Shown one piece after another: positions 40,145 to 49,187 of a stretch of 64,000 nucleotides of DNA (within the stretch, counting starts at the first letter, position 1; each line of letters starts with the position of its first letter). The translations under genes were made by a program, and so were the position numbers. This stretch comes from an uncultured delta proteobacterium (lineage in GTDB: Bacteria; Desulfobacterota; BSN033; UBA1163), in assembly GCA_963708295.1 (NCBI GenBank), contig CAVPSJ010000015.1, forward strand, positions 256,001 through 320,000, given 5' to 3'. Below the pieces are notes generated by a model. That model saw nothing but the letters and a program-made list of their open reading frames with translations. It made no database searches and was not told the origin of the DNA.

Positions 40145-41458
40145 TCAGGGAATCAGACTCAGATCCCCGGTGAAGGCAGCTTCCAGCACCGGCTTCATCA
40201 GCCGATCCAGATCTCCCTTTTCAGCATCCATGGGGGTTGGCATATTCTGTAATTTCATCTTTAGCTGCGGATTCCTCGCCGCAGCAAGCATTCGATCGAG
40301 ATGCTCCCGGGTTGCTCCCGCCTCTCTCAAGGTCGTTGGAAAATTCAAATCCCTGGCAAAGGAAATCATCCCATTGGCCACAGCCAATCCAAGGGGTCTC
40401 CCGCTCAAATTCCAGATTTCCTCTTTGATGTAGCCCGCCTCCTTGAAGATCGCTCCAATCAGATGGAGAGGGTCCTGAATGACCGGGGCGAAGAGGACGG
40501 TGTAGTAGGGATTGAGCAGAGCGCACGCCCTCCCATGGCTGAGGATATCGATCAGCGAGAAGCTGCCCAGATGCGGTCCTCCTGTCCCCCCAAGCATGAT
40601 CGCATATCCACCCAGATCCGTCCCGAGTCCGAGGCAAATTCTTCCCTCCAGATCTCTTCTGTCTTTCTTGACTCTCTGAAGTCCATAGACGACCAGCCGG
40701 GTGCACAATGCAGCGACCTCTTTCATTTTCTCATAGGCCGCACCTTTCGTTCCGATCAAAACCTCCCAGGCGTGGGCGATTCCGTCCAAACCTCCATCCA
40801 GCGTGAGGCTCATCGGCGCGTCGAGCGTTACGGTGTAATCAAAGACAGAAGCAGGAGGAAGGATCGCCTCATCGACGATCAGTTTCTTCTGATTTGTGGC
40901 CGGATCGGTAATATTAGAATATTTCGTAAGATGGGCTCCGGAACTCGCAGCGGTTTGCACCGGAATGACGGGCAAGACCGGTCTCCCTGTCCTCTCCCTC
41001 ATCTTCGTAACCAGCCCTGTTCCAAAGTAGGGCTCGATGGAATCAGCCTCCCCCGGGGAGGTTCCGAGAATCTCGATCACTTCAGACGGGGAATAGGTAT
41101 TGAGAACAGCTGCAGACTTTGCGGCATCGATCGTACTCCCTCCCCCCAGGGCTACGATCATGTCCGACCTGGACCGGGCAAACTGAAGGCCGATCCGGTA
41201 CACATCCTCCCGGGGTGCATTGGGTCCTGCCCCCTTGGCCGTTTCAAAAACGATGCGGTTAGCCTTCAGGCTTGTTTTTACCCTCTCAAAAGGCCTCTCG
41301 ATCCACGGCTGCCCTAGCTCCGTGACGACAAGGAGGGCTTTTTTCCCCTGTTCCCTGGCGTAGTCTCCGGTCGCCTCGAGGACATTCTCTCCGAATGCAT
41401 AGGATTTACCCTTCCAGTCTTTCAACACTTTCTTGGCTCGATCCATGTATTCTTTCAT
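40145..41458 (-). CDS. Iron-containing alcohol dehydrogenase family
   Basis: ALGGGSTIDAAK, DGIAHAWE, HGRACALL. Confidence 0.85.
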   Translation of the reverse strand: MKEYMDRAKKVLKDWKGKSYAFGENVLEATGDYAREQGKKALLVVTELGQPWIERPFERVKTSLKANRIVFETAKGAGPNAPREDVYRIGLQFARSRSDMIVALGGGSTIDAAKSAAVLNTYSPSEVIEILGTSPGEADSIEPYFGTGLVTKMRERTGRPVLPVIPVQTAASSGAHLTKYSNITDPATNQKKLIVDEAILPPASVFDYTVTLDAPMSLTLDGGLDGIAHAWEVLIGTKGAAYEKMKEVAALCTRLVVYGLQRVKKDRRDLEGRICLGLGTDLGGYAIMLGGTGGPHLGSFSLIDILSHGRACALLNPYYTVLFAPVIQDPLHLIGAIFKEAGYIKEEIWNLSGRPLGLAVANGMISFARDLNFPTTLREAGATREHLDRMLAAARNPQLKMKLQNMPTPMDAEKGDLDRLMKPVLEAAFTGDLSLIP

Positions 41459-41507
41459 TGTCAACCTCCCGAACCGCACGGCAGGACGATTCTCATCAAT
41501 ACTGTCA

Positions 41508-43004
41508 TCAATACTGAAGGTTCACCGTGATGCACTTGCGCTGCGTATAGCTGTCGAGCATCCCTTCCAGGGAGTATTCTCGACCGATTCCGCTCTGTTT
41601 GAAGCCCCCGTAGGAAGTTCCGGGTAGGATTCCTAAGCCCTGGTTCACCTGGACCCATCCCGACTCGATGGCGTGGGCTGTCCGGAGGGCCTTTCCAATA
41701 TCGTGAGAATAAACAAAAGCGGCCAATCCATAGTGGCTATCGTTGGCCATCCGGATCGCTTCCTCTTCTTTCTCCCAGGGAATGGCCACAAGCACCGGAC
41801 CGAAAACTTCCTCCCTTGCGATTCGCCATTCATTCTTAATGTGGCTAAATATCGTAGGTTTCATGAAATAGCCTTGCGCGAGAGGACCTTCTTTCGGGGG
41901 GAGGCCACCGGTCACCAATCGGCTTCCTTTCTGTTCGAGTCCGTCTTGGACATAGGCACACACCTTTTCGAATTGAATCCGGTTGATGATCGCTCCGATA
42001 TCGGTTGCCTCATCGAGAGGATCTCCGATCTTGAGCGATCCGAGTTTCTTCACCAATTGATCCACAAAAGAATCGAAGATAGACGCATGGAGGAAGAGGC
42101 GCGAACCGGCGGTACAGGATTGTCCCTGCCGTGTAAAGCGCATTCCGTTGATGACACTCTGCACCACGTGCTCGTCGCTGGCGTCAGGAAAGACAATCTG
42201 CGGGCTTTTCCCGCCCAATTCCAAAGTGACGGGCACAATCCGTTCTGCCGCCGCGGCCATGATGCTCTTTCCCACTTCCGAGGAGCCTGTCAACGACAAT
42301 TTTCCTACGCCCGGGTGTCGGGCCAGGATCGCTCCACATTCACTTCCGGTCCCGGTGATTACATTCAGGACACCCTTCGGAAGGTGGGCATTGCAGAGGG
42401 CTGCCATTTTCAAAACAGCCAAGGGCGCATCGGAAGCCGGCTTCAGGACCAGCGCATTCCCCACGGTCAGGGCCATCGTAATTTTCAGTGCTCCCAGAAG
42501 GACCGGTGAGTTCCAGGGGATGATCCCTGCCACCACGCCGATCGGCTCTCGCCTGCTGTAACACAAAACCTGCTCACCCAGCGGAACGGTTTCACCCTTT
42601 TGCTCGCTCGCCACGCCACCATAGAATCGAAACAGGTCCGCGGCAAGGGCGACCTCGCCCCGGGATTGAGTGCGAAGGGCATTGCCGGTCTCAAGGGAAA
42701 GGGTCTTGGCGATATCTTCGGATCGTGCCTCGATGTCCGCTGCGATTTTCAACATCCCTTTTCCACGATCCCTGGGGGCCATTCGCTTCCAGCTCTCAAA
42801 GGCCTTGGCCGCTGCCTTCACCGCGCGATCGACATCGACTTCCGTTGACCTGGGAACCTCCGCGATGACGGTTCCTCTCCTGGCCGGGGTCTCCACGGGA
42901 AGAAACCGTCCGCCTGAACTCGCCGTCCACTCGCCATCGATCAACATCAACGGTCGTTCGATGTCTTCTTTCGGTTGTTTCTTACTCTCTCCGGTCGTTT
43001 CCAT
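41508..43004 (-). CDS. Aldehyde dehydrogenase family
   Basis: IIPWNSP, LKPA, LTGSSEVG, LELGGKSP, GQSCTAGSR, EEVFGPV, GGFKQSGIGRE. Confidence 0.95.
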   Translation of the reverse strand: METTGESKKQPKEDIERPLMLIDGEWTASSGGRFLPVETPARRGTVIAEVPRSTEVDVDRAVKAAAKAFESWKRMAPRDRGKGMLKIAADIEARSEDIAKTLSLETGNALRTQSRGEVALAADLFRFYGGVASEQKGETVPLGEQVLCYSRREPIGVVAGIIPWNSPVLLGALKITMALTVGNALVLKPASDAPLAVLKMAALCNAHLPKGVLNVITGTGSECGAILARHPGVGKLSLTGSSEVGKSIMAAAAERIVPVTLELGGKSPQIVFPDASDEHVVQSVINGMRFTRQGQSCTAGSRLFLHASIFDSFVDQLVKKLGSLKIGDPLDEATDIGAIINRIQFEKVCAYVQDGLEQKGSRLVTGGLPPKEGPLAQGYFMKPTIFSHIKNEWRIAREEVFGPVLVAIPWEKEEEAIRMANDSHYGLAAFVYSHDIGKALRTAHAIESGWVQVNQGLGILPGTSYGGFKQSGIGREYSLEGMLDSYTQRKCITVNLQY

Positions 43005-43231
43005 GAGCAGACCCTCCTCGGAATCACCCTTCCCTCTCAAATAGTTTTATTCTCACACGATCAAGATTGAGTTTCAATAAGATTTTTGAAGAGAGTTGCT
43101 TTAGGACGAGGATGACGAGCTGGTCCGTAATTGAGTAGACGGTTGATTAACCCACCCCCACCCCCTGAACCATGTAAGGTTCAGGGCATTGTCCTGCACC
43201 CCGCGTGGTGCAGGGCTTTCCCTCCCCCTGG

Positions 43232-43461
43232 GAGACTGTGTCACAATGGAACGTCTGAGGGGAGAGGCAGTCGGCTTCCAAAGCTTTAGAACGCGGGTCT
43301 TTTAGGAATGGGGAACCGTCGTTGGCTAAAAATCGGAATGTGTTCATAGGGTTGGCGACCCTGAATCCAAACGGTTATAAAGGTTGCCGCTCTAAATCTT
43401 CTCCACCCGACCGCCTCTCCCCTTTTTTGAAAAGCGTTTTTTCATATTGCGACACAGCCTC
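43232..43461. mobile_element. 230-bp MITE inserted in the loop of a REP-like hairpin
   Basis: TIRs GAGACTGTGTCACAAT / ATTGCGACACAGCCTC; TGG on both sides; outer arms CTTTCCCTCCCC / GGGGAGGGAAAG. Confidence 0.75.
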
Positions 43462-43738
43462 TGGAGGGGAGGGAAAGAATGATCTTCGTCTCCCTGGGGG
43501 GGGGGATTATATTCTTCCTCCACCTTCAAGGGGGAGGTCAGGGAGGGGATGGGGTTCCGTTAGTGATAGAAATCATAATGGCGCGCTTTTCTTCCGAGGC
43601 GATGCGCCCCGTTTCGGTGAGGAAACAAAAAACCCCTGGCGGAAGTGTCGAAGGGAAAATGCCCAGGGGAGTTGCAGTTGCGGGAGGGATACTACAGGGG
43701 AAACAATGTGGCGGGAAAGAAACTAACAAAGTCCTGGT

Positions 43739-43921
43739 TCATTCGTCAGTATCCTCCTTTTTCTCGTAGAATGACTTGATGCCCAGACTACCCACGCCCG
43801 TCATAATCTTTTTCTTTCCATCCTGCGATTCGAGTACAACCATGTTGTTCACGACCTTCTTGACCGTATACTTAGCCCCGTCCAAAGTACTTTTAAATAT
43901 GTCTCCCTCCTTTGCTTCCAC
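43739..43921 (-). CDS. Small hypothetical protein
   Basis: 60-aa ORF MEAKEGDIFKSTLDGAKYTVKKVVNNMVVLES with upstream purine-rich SD. Confidence 0.6.
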   Translation of the reverse strand: MEAKEGDIFKSTLDGAKYTVKKVVNNMVVLESQDGKKKIMTGVGSLGIKSFYEKKEDTDE

Positions 43922-44084
43922 GGCGGCTTCTCCCTTCCCCTTCCCGCCACGATTCTTACACTACTCCGAACCCACATTTGTGTCAAGAACTATTTAGGGT
44001 TTGCTCATCCCCAGTTTTTCCCTCGCCCGCGACCGGGTGAATCCCCTCCCGGGTATCCGGCAAGCGCTTTGTAACCCTTTGACA

Positions 44085-44945
44085 TCATGCCTTAATCCAT
44101 TGCGGCGGATGCAGGCGGCCTTGAGTGACATCCCGCATTTTAACGCCGCTGATGGCTTCGTAAATCATGCCATTTAAGCCATAAATCCAGACGTCAAACG
44201 TGAGCGATTCCTGATCGACCTTCACCGGCACGACCCGGCCAAGATACCTGCCTCCTTTCTTTGTCTTTTGATAAATAAATCTCTTTTCAAAACCTGTGGG
44301 AAAGGCGACCCTGTCGCTGAAGCGTTGTCCCCAGACGCAAGCTGCGTGCATGGCCGCGTCCAGAGGAAATGGCGAACCAAGCAAATTTTCATCGGCTTCA
44401 TCATTCCCGCCGGAAAGATAAGCCAGAGCGCCCTCGGGTGAAACTGCCAAATCGTCGATGATGTTTTGATAAGCTGCTCCGAAAGGTACCAGCTCACGAT
44501 AAATGGTTGCCGCAGGCACGCGGATGCATTTTCCCTCCAGCTTCTCCAAAACCCGGAAAGGAGCTACAGGGCGGAAAGCGGAATCGTCAGTTGCGAATTC
44601 CACACAGGCATGCTCGAGGACGCGGCAGATGGCGCTTGTTTTTGATTTTAGCGACGTCAAGAGCGCGGCGGTCATACGATGCCCACCGGCATACTCTATC
44701 TCCACGGATACGGCCAAATGCTGTGTTTCCGGCGGAACAAACAAAAAGTGGTGGAAGCTGGCCTTTGACAGACGGTTCATCCTCATCTGCGGGAAATGAA
44801 GGTTAACCACACGAGCCAGAGCGATTAAAGCTTCCACCGCGGGCAGAATCACTTTTCCTTCGAACCGGTGATCGCGCAAATAGGGAGATACCTCAATGAC
44901 CGAAGGATAGCGGGTTTTCCTGTTTATTTGGGGAACGATGTCCAT
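44085..44945 (-). CDS. Stand-alone PKS-type dehydratase (double hot-dog)
   Basis: YLRDHRFEGKVILPAV (HxxxGxxxxP), IYRELVPFGAAYQ, PFPLDAAMH (catalytic Asp). Confidence 0.8.
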   Translation of the reverse strand: MDIVPQINRKTRYPSVIEVSPYLRDHRFEGKVILPAVEALIALARVVNLHFPQMRMNRLSKASFHHFLFVPPETQHLAVSVEIEYAGGHRMTAALLTSLKSKTSAICRVLEHACVEFATDDSAFRPVAPFRVLEKLEGKCIRVPAATIYRELVPFGAAYQNIIDDLAVSPEGALAYLSGGNDEADENLLGSPFPLDAAMHAACVWGQRFSDRVAFPTGFEKRFIYQKTKKGGRYLGRVVPVKVDQESLTFDVWIYGLNGMIYEAISGVKMRDVTQGRLHPPQWIKA

Positions 44946-45403
44946 AGCTGAACCGTCTTAGGATCCACGGCCACGGGTGTGCCCGCCAAATTCAAGGCGC
45001 AGTGTTTGGTAAAGCCGGTACAGATCAGATGTCCCTTCTCCGCGTGTGTGATGACGTAGTCGAACTGCAAACGGACCCGCTCCAGATTTACCGGACGCGT
45101 GTGAATATACATCAAATCATCGTAGTACAAAGGCTGATTAAAACTGATGCCCAAATCGAAGATCGGATAAACGTAGCCGCTGGCCTCGATCTCTTTGTAG
45201 GGGTAAGCCAGGTCCCGCATCAACGAGGTACGGCCGAATTCAAAATAACGCAGGTAATTGGAATGATAAACCACTTCCGAGCGATCGGTATCGGCGTAGA
45301 GCGTCCTCTGTTGAGAACGATGCCAGATAAAGCCGCTGGTGCGGTCGCGGACATATCTTTCATCGTTATGATAAATTTCCGGTTTAAACGGCTTGGGCTT
45401 CAT
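44924..45403 (-). CDS. Acyl-CoA/ACP thioesterase (YbgC/4HBT hot-dog family)
   Basis: TLYADTDRSEVVYHSNYLRYFEFGR motif. Confidence 0.88.
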   Translation of the reverse strand: MKPKPFKPEIYHNDERYVRDRTSGFIWHRSQQRTLYADTDRSEVVYHSNYLRYFEFGRTSLMRDLAYPYKEIEASGYVYPIFDLGISFNQPLYYDDLMYIHTRPVNLERVRLQFDYVITHAEKGHLICTGFTKHCALNLAGTPVAVDPKTVQLWTSFPK

Positions 45404-45404
45404 T

Positions 45405-46670
45405 CTACACTCCCCTGAGAATGACACAGCAATTGGTTCCGCCGAATCCGAAGGCATTGGAAAGAGCAATTTCATATCCTTGTCTGCGAGCGGCATTCGG
45501 CACAACATCAATGTCGGAAAGACCGGGATCGGGAAGATGATTCATCGTGGGCAGGATGATTCCGTTCCTCATTCCTTCGATGGTCAGTGCGGCTTCGATG
45601 GCAGCCGTCGCTCCCAGGGTATGTCCTAATTGAGATTTATTGGAAGAAACGGGAATCTTTTCTATTCTCTTGCCGAAAACATCCCGCAGGCACTTTATCT
45701 CCGTTTGATCTCCTGTAGGCGTGGAAGTGCCGTGGGCGTTGATATATTGAATATCTTCCGGCTTTAACCCTGCATCTTCGATGGTTTCCCTGATGGCCCG
45801 TATAATGGTCGTCGCATTCGGGCTGGTGTAATGATGGGCATCCGATGTCCAGCCGACACCCAACACCTCGGCTTTGGGTTTCAAGCCATGAACGTTAAGC
45901 GATTCTTCCGCCGCGAGAACAACCACGCCTGCCCCCTCCGATAGGACGAACCCTTTGCGATCGACGCTGAAAGGACGGGAGGCCTGTCCGGGATCGTGAT
46001 AAGCGCGATCGCCCGGACGAACTTTGATCGTGGCGTTCATGTTGGCGAAGCCGTGAATCAATTCCGGTAAAAGGGGCGCGTCGGCGCCGCCAGCCAGGGC
46101 AAAATCGCAATCGCCATCCCGAATCATCCTTGCTCCGATGCCGATGGCATGATTCCCCGAGGCGCAAGCGCCCTGGGGCGAAAAAATAGGACCGGCAAAT
46201 TTTAACAGCATTCCGGCTTTACCGGAGGGGAGGTTCGCGCATAGATTAGGCACCAAATAGGGGCTGACCCTCAGGGGCCCACGTTGTTCCAAATTGTGCA
46301 TGGCAACGCGAAAAGCATCCGATCCGTTCAGGGCCGAACCGATCAGGCAAGCCATCCGGGGAGCAGTCTCTTCATCGATGGGAACTCCCGAGTTTTCCAG
46401 CGCCTCCTTGCAGACAGCCATCGTTAAAATCACGAAGGCGGCATTCCAGTTATAAACTTCTTTCGCACTGGTGAAGTCAAGCTTGAGCGGATCCCAGTCC
46501 GGAATTTCTCCAACGATGTCGCAGGCCGATTCCACGTTGCACCGCGTCACCTTCCTGAAGCCCGTTTCACCCTGGATGGCCCTTTTCCATGTTTTCTCAA
46601 AGGTGCTTCCAAGCGGGGTGGCCGCGCCGTAACCGATCACAAAAACTCTTCTGTTCTTAGGAGCTTTCAT
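45405..46670 (-). CDS. Beta-ketoacyl-ACP synthase (FabF-like), KS2
   Basis: GACASG (Cys), YINAHGTST (His), KSQLGHTLG (His), NAFGFGGTN. Confidence 0.92.
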   Translation of the reverse strand: MKAPKNRRVFVIGYGAATPLGSTFEKTWKRAIQGETGFRKVTRCNVESACDIVGEIPDWDPLKLDFTSAKEVYNWNAAFVILTMAVCKEALENSGVPIDEETAPRMACLIGSALNGSDAFRVAMHNLEQRGPLRVSPYLVPNLCANLPSGKAGMLLKFAGPIFSPQGACASGNHAIGIGARMIRDGDCDFALAGGADAPLLPELIHGFANMNATIKVRPGDRAYHDPGQASRPFSVDRKGFVLSEGAGVVVLAAEESLNVHGLKPKAEVLGVGWTSDAHHYTSPNATTIIRAIRETIEDAGLKPEDIQYINAHGTSTPTGDQTEIKCLRDVFGKRIEKIPVSSNKSQLGHTLGATAAIEAALTIEGMRNGIILPTMNHLPDPGLSDIDVVPNAARRQGYEIALSNAFGFGGTNCCVILRGV

Positions 46671-46686
46671 ACGCCGCTATCACGAT

Positions 46687-47940
46687 TTATGCAAGCCTGC
46701 GCAACACTAAACAGGAATTGCATCCGCCGAAACCAAAGGCGTTCTTCAATACGAATTCTTGGCTCAACTTTCTGGCGCCTTCGGCGACGCAGTCCATCAC
46801 CATTCCCGGATCGGGGGCATAATTGATCGTCGGAAGCAACGTTTCTTCGGTCATCCCTTCCATGGCCAGAATCGTTTCAATAGCGCTCGACGCTCCCATG
46901 GCGTGTCCCAACTGGGATTTATTTGCCGATACGGGCGGAACGTTTTTTCCGAAAATGTTCGAGAGGGCATCCGCTTCCACTTTATCGCCCACCTTCGTCG
47001 ACGTGGCATGGGCGTTAATCGCGTCGATATCGTCGGGCCGCAATCCGGCATGGGTGAGGGTTTCTTCAATACATCTTTGGACCGTCTCCAGCCTGGGCGA
47101 AACAAAATGGCCGGCGTCGGATGTCATGGACCAGCCGGCCATTTCTATTCTGGGCGTGAGTCCATGCGCCTTGGCAAATTCTTCAGTCGCCAAAATAATG
47201 CAACCCGCGCCTTCGGAAACGACAAAACCTCTTCGATGGATGGAAAAAGGCCTGCTCGTTTTTTCCGGTGGTTCTTCCGGCTGCCCTTCTTTCGGACGGT
47301 ACGCCCCGTTCATGGTGGCGAATCCGGCGACAATCGGTTCAACGAGGGGGAAATCCACAGCGCCGCCGATCACCACATCCGCCCTGTTTCCCTGCAGCAT
47401 CATCCCGCCGATGATGAGCGAGGCGACCCCGGTAGCGCACGCCGTAACGGTTGAACAGATGGGACCCGTTGCTCCGGTAAGGATGGAAACCTTACCGCCC
47501 ACCATATTAATGCAGGAATTGGGGTTGGTAAAGGGGTGAGGCATCTTGCCTTCCGCAACCATCAGGCGATCCGCCTTTAGAACAGCGTCGAGACCGCCAA
47601 CGGCAGTGCTGAAAGTTACCGCAACCCGTGGCGCGATATCGGGTGTTATTGAAATTCCACTTTTTTCCAGAGCACGATGCGCGACCAGAAGAGCGTATTT
47701 AAAGATCGGCGAGGTCCAATACCCCATTTCCCGCGGCCGCAAAAAAGGATAGGGCCCCACATCGACCTCGGCGACTTCTCCGGCAACGCGCACGGGAAAG
47801 TCGGCGCTAAGCGGGAATCGGGTCAACTTTCCGATTCCGCTCTCCCCGGCGACCGCGCGCTGCCATTGATGACCCAGATCCGTTCCTAAAGGAGAAACGG
47901 CATCGTAGCCCAATATCACGGCCTTCTTTGAACCCATCAC
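46687..47940 (-). CDS. Beta-ketoacyl-ACP synthase (FabF-like), KS1
   Basis: TACATG (Cys), AINAHATST (His), KSQLGHAMG (His), NAFGFGGCN. Confidence 0.92.
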   Translation of the reverse strand: MMGSKKAVILGYDAVSPLGTDLGHQWQRAVAGESGIGKLTRFPLSADFPVRVAGEVAEVDVGPYPFLRPREMGYWTSPIFKYALLVAHRALEKSGISITPDIAPRVAVTFSTAVGGLDAVLKADRLMVAEGKMPHPFTNPNSCINMVGGKVSILTGATGPICSTVTACATGVASLIIGGMMLQGNRADVVIGGAVDFPLVEPIVAGFATMNGAYRPKEGQPEEPPEKTSRPFSIHRRGFVVSEGAGCIILATEEFAKAHGLTPRIEMAGWSMTSDAGHFVSPRLETVQRCIEETLTHAGLRPDDIDAINAHATSTKVGDKVEADALSNIFGKNVPPVSANKSQLGHAMGASSAIETILAMEGMTEETLLPTINYAPDPGMVMDCVAEGARKLSQEFVLKNAFGFGGCNSCLVLRRLA

Positions 47941-48033
47941 ATCCTTCCTGAAAGATACGAAAAATTCCTTCCCGGGGAAAAGGAAACCCCGGAGGATGAT
48001 CGTCCATGCGCCTCTATCAACGATGGTTGGGAC

Positions 48034-49029
48034 TTACCACGGAATAAACCGGTACAGCTTGGCGAACATCTCGTAAACTTCGATCCAGTTTTGCAAATCT
48101 TTGGTCGAATTCATATGCTCCCGCTTGTTGACCATAATCCAGCTCATGTGCGCCGCTCCATCCTTGCACGTGAGACAATCGCGCGTTGCCGACGTGCAGC
48201 ATCGGTGAACGGTTTGCAAATCGGAAGCCCAGCGGATAAAATGGATCAGACGGCGGGGTTGCGGTTTTCTGTGATCCCGGGACTCCGTCACGGACGGACA
48301 TTCCTCCCAGCCAAAACGGCGACCCATCATCTTCCCGGTCGTGATCACTTCATGGTAGTATTTGCTCGAGATGACCGTTTGAGAGTATCGGTCCAGCATG
48401 CCGTCCATTTCGCAGCGTAAATCTTCTAGCTCGCCTTCGCGCCAGGAAAACCCGTCCACCCCCTCGTCATTCGACAGAAGCTGGAGATGCACTTTCAAGC
48501 CGACATCCGCAATTCGTTTGATGACCGGTTCGATCTTTCCCACCTGCCGCGGCGTGATGGTGTACAGATAGTAGGTGTAAGGGTCGCCGGCATAATTTCT
48601 ACTGGAAACGGCAAAGGTATCGCGCCCGCGAAGAATCTTTTCATCCCCGGGGCCGCCCCACAGTGAAATCCCCACCATCATATCGGGAAACTGATCACGG
48701 GAAACTTTAATCTGTCCGTTGGTGGCGCAATACGTCGGCAGGCGTTTGTAAAAAGCCTCAACGCGGTCCAGGCAAAGCGTCGGCTCTCCGCCGATCAGGA
48801 TCGCCAGATTCACACCGCGCTCTTTTTCTTTATCGATAAAATTTTCCCATTTCCGTATATCCATTTCCTCCGCTACTTGATGCTCCCCCGAAGAAAAGAA
48901 GAAGCACCCCTTACAGCGTAAATTACAGCGGTTCGTTACATCATAGATGGAACTGCGGATGTTAAGATTGGCAATTCGCTTGTAGCGGGCTTGCCAATCG
49001 TTATCCAGCAGGGAACTCACTGTCTTCAT
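48034..49029 (-). CDS. Radical SAM protein A
   Basis: CNLRCKGC (CxxxCxxC), GGEP; C-terminal C...CC-x6-CxxC. Confidence 0.9.
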   Translation of the reverse strand: MKTVSSLLDNDWQARYKRIANLNIRSSIYDVTNRCNLRCKGCFFFSSGEHQVAEEMDIRKWENFIDKEKERGVNLAILIGGEPTLCLDRVEAFYKRLPTYCATNGQIKVSRDQFPDMMVGISLWGGPGDEKILRGRDTFAVSSRNYAGDPYTYYLYTITPRQVGKIEPVIKRIADVGLKVHLQLLSNDEGVDGFSWREGELEDLRCEMDGMLDRYSQTVISSKYYHEVITTGKMMGRRFGWEECPSVTESRDHRKPQPRRLIHFIRWASDLQTVHRCCTSATRDCLTCKDGAAHMSWIMVNKREHMNSTKDLQNWIEVYEMFAKLYRFIPW

Positions 49030-49074
49030 CCACTCGGCCCTTCCATGTCCGTGGTGTTCTTCCCCTGGCCATCC

Positions 49075-49119
49075 CCGTTCACCCTGAGCCTGTCGAAGGG
49101 CAAACTCAGCACGAACGGC
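49075..49119. repeat. REP-like element between the radical SAM genes
   Basis: CCGTTCACCCTGAGCCTGTCGAAGGGCAAACTCAGCACGAACGG; the TGAGCCTGTCGA core recurs at 52890 and 52942. Confidence 0.65.
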
Positions 49120-49187
49120 TTCATCCTCAGTGCCTGTACGATGATGGACGATTAGGATCTATGATAGTATCTATGCCGGCATCCTTG

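Noticed and set aside
47807-48007. RiPP precursor peptide for the radical SAM pair
   Set aside because: The ORF overlaps KS1 out of frame and has no leader/core features; the ACP/KS context points to acyl substrates
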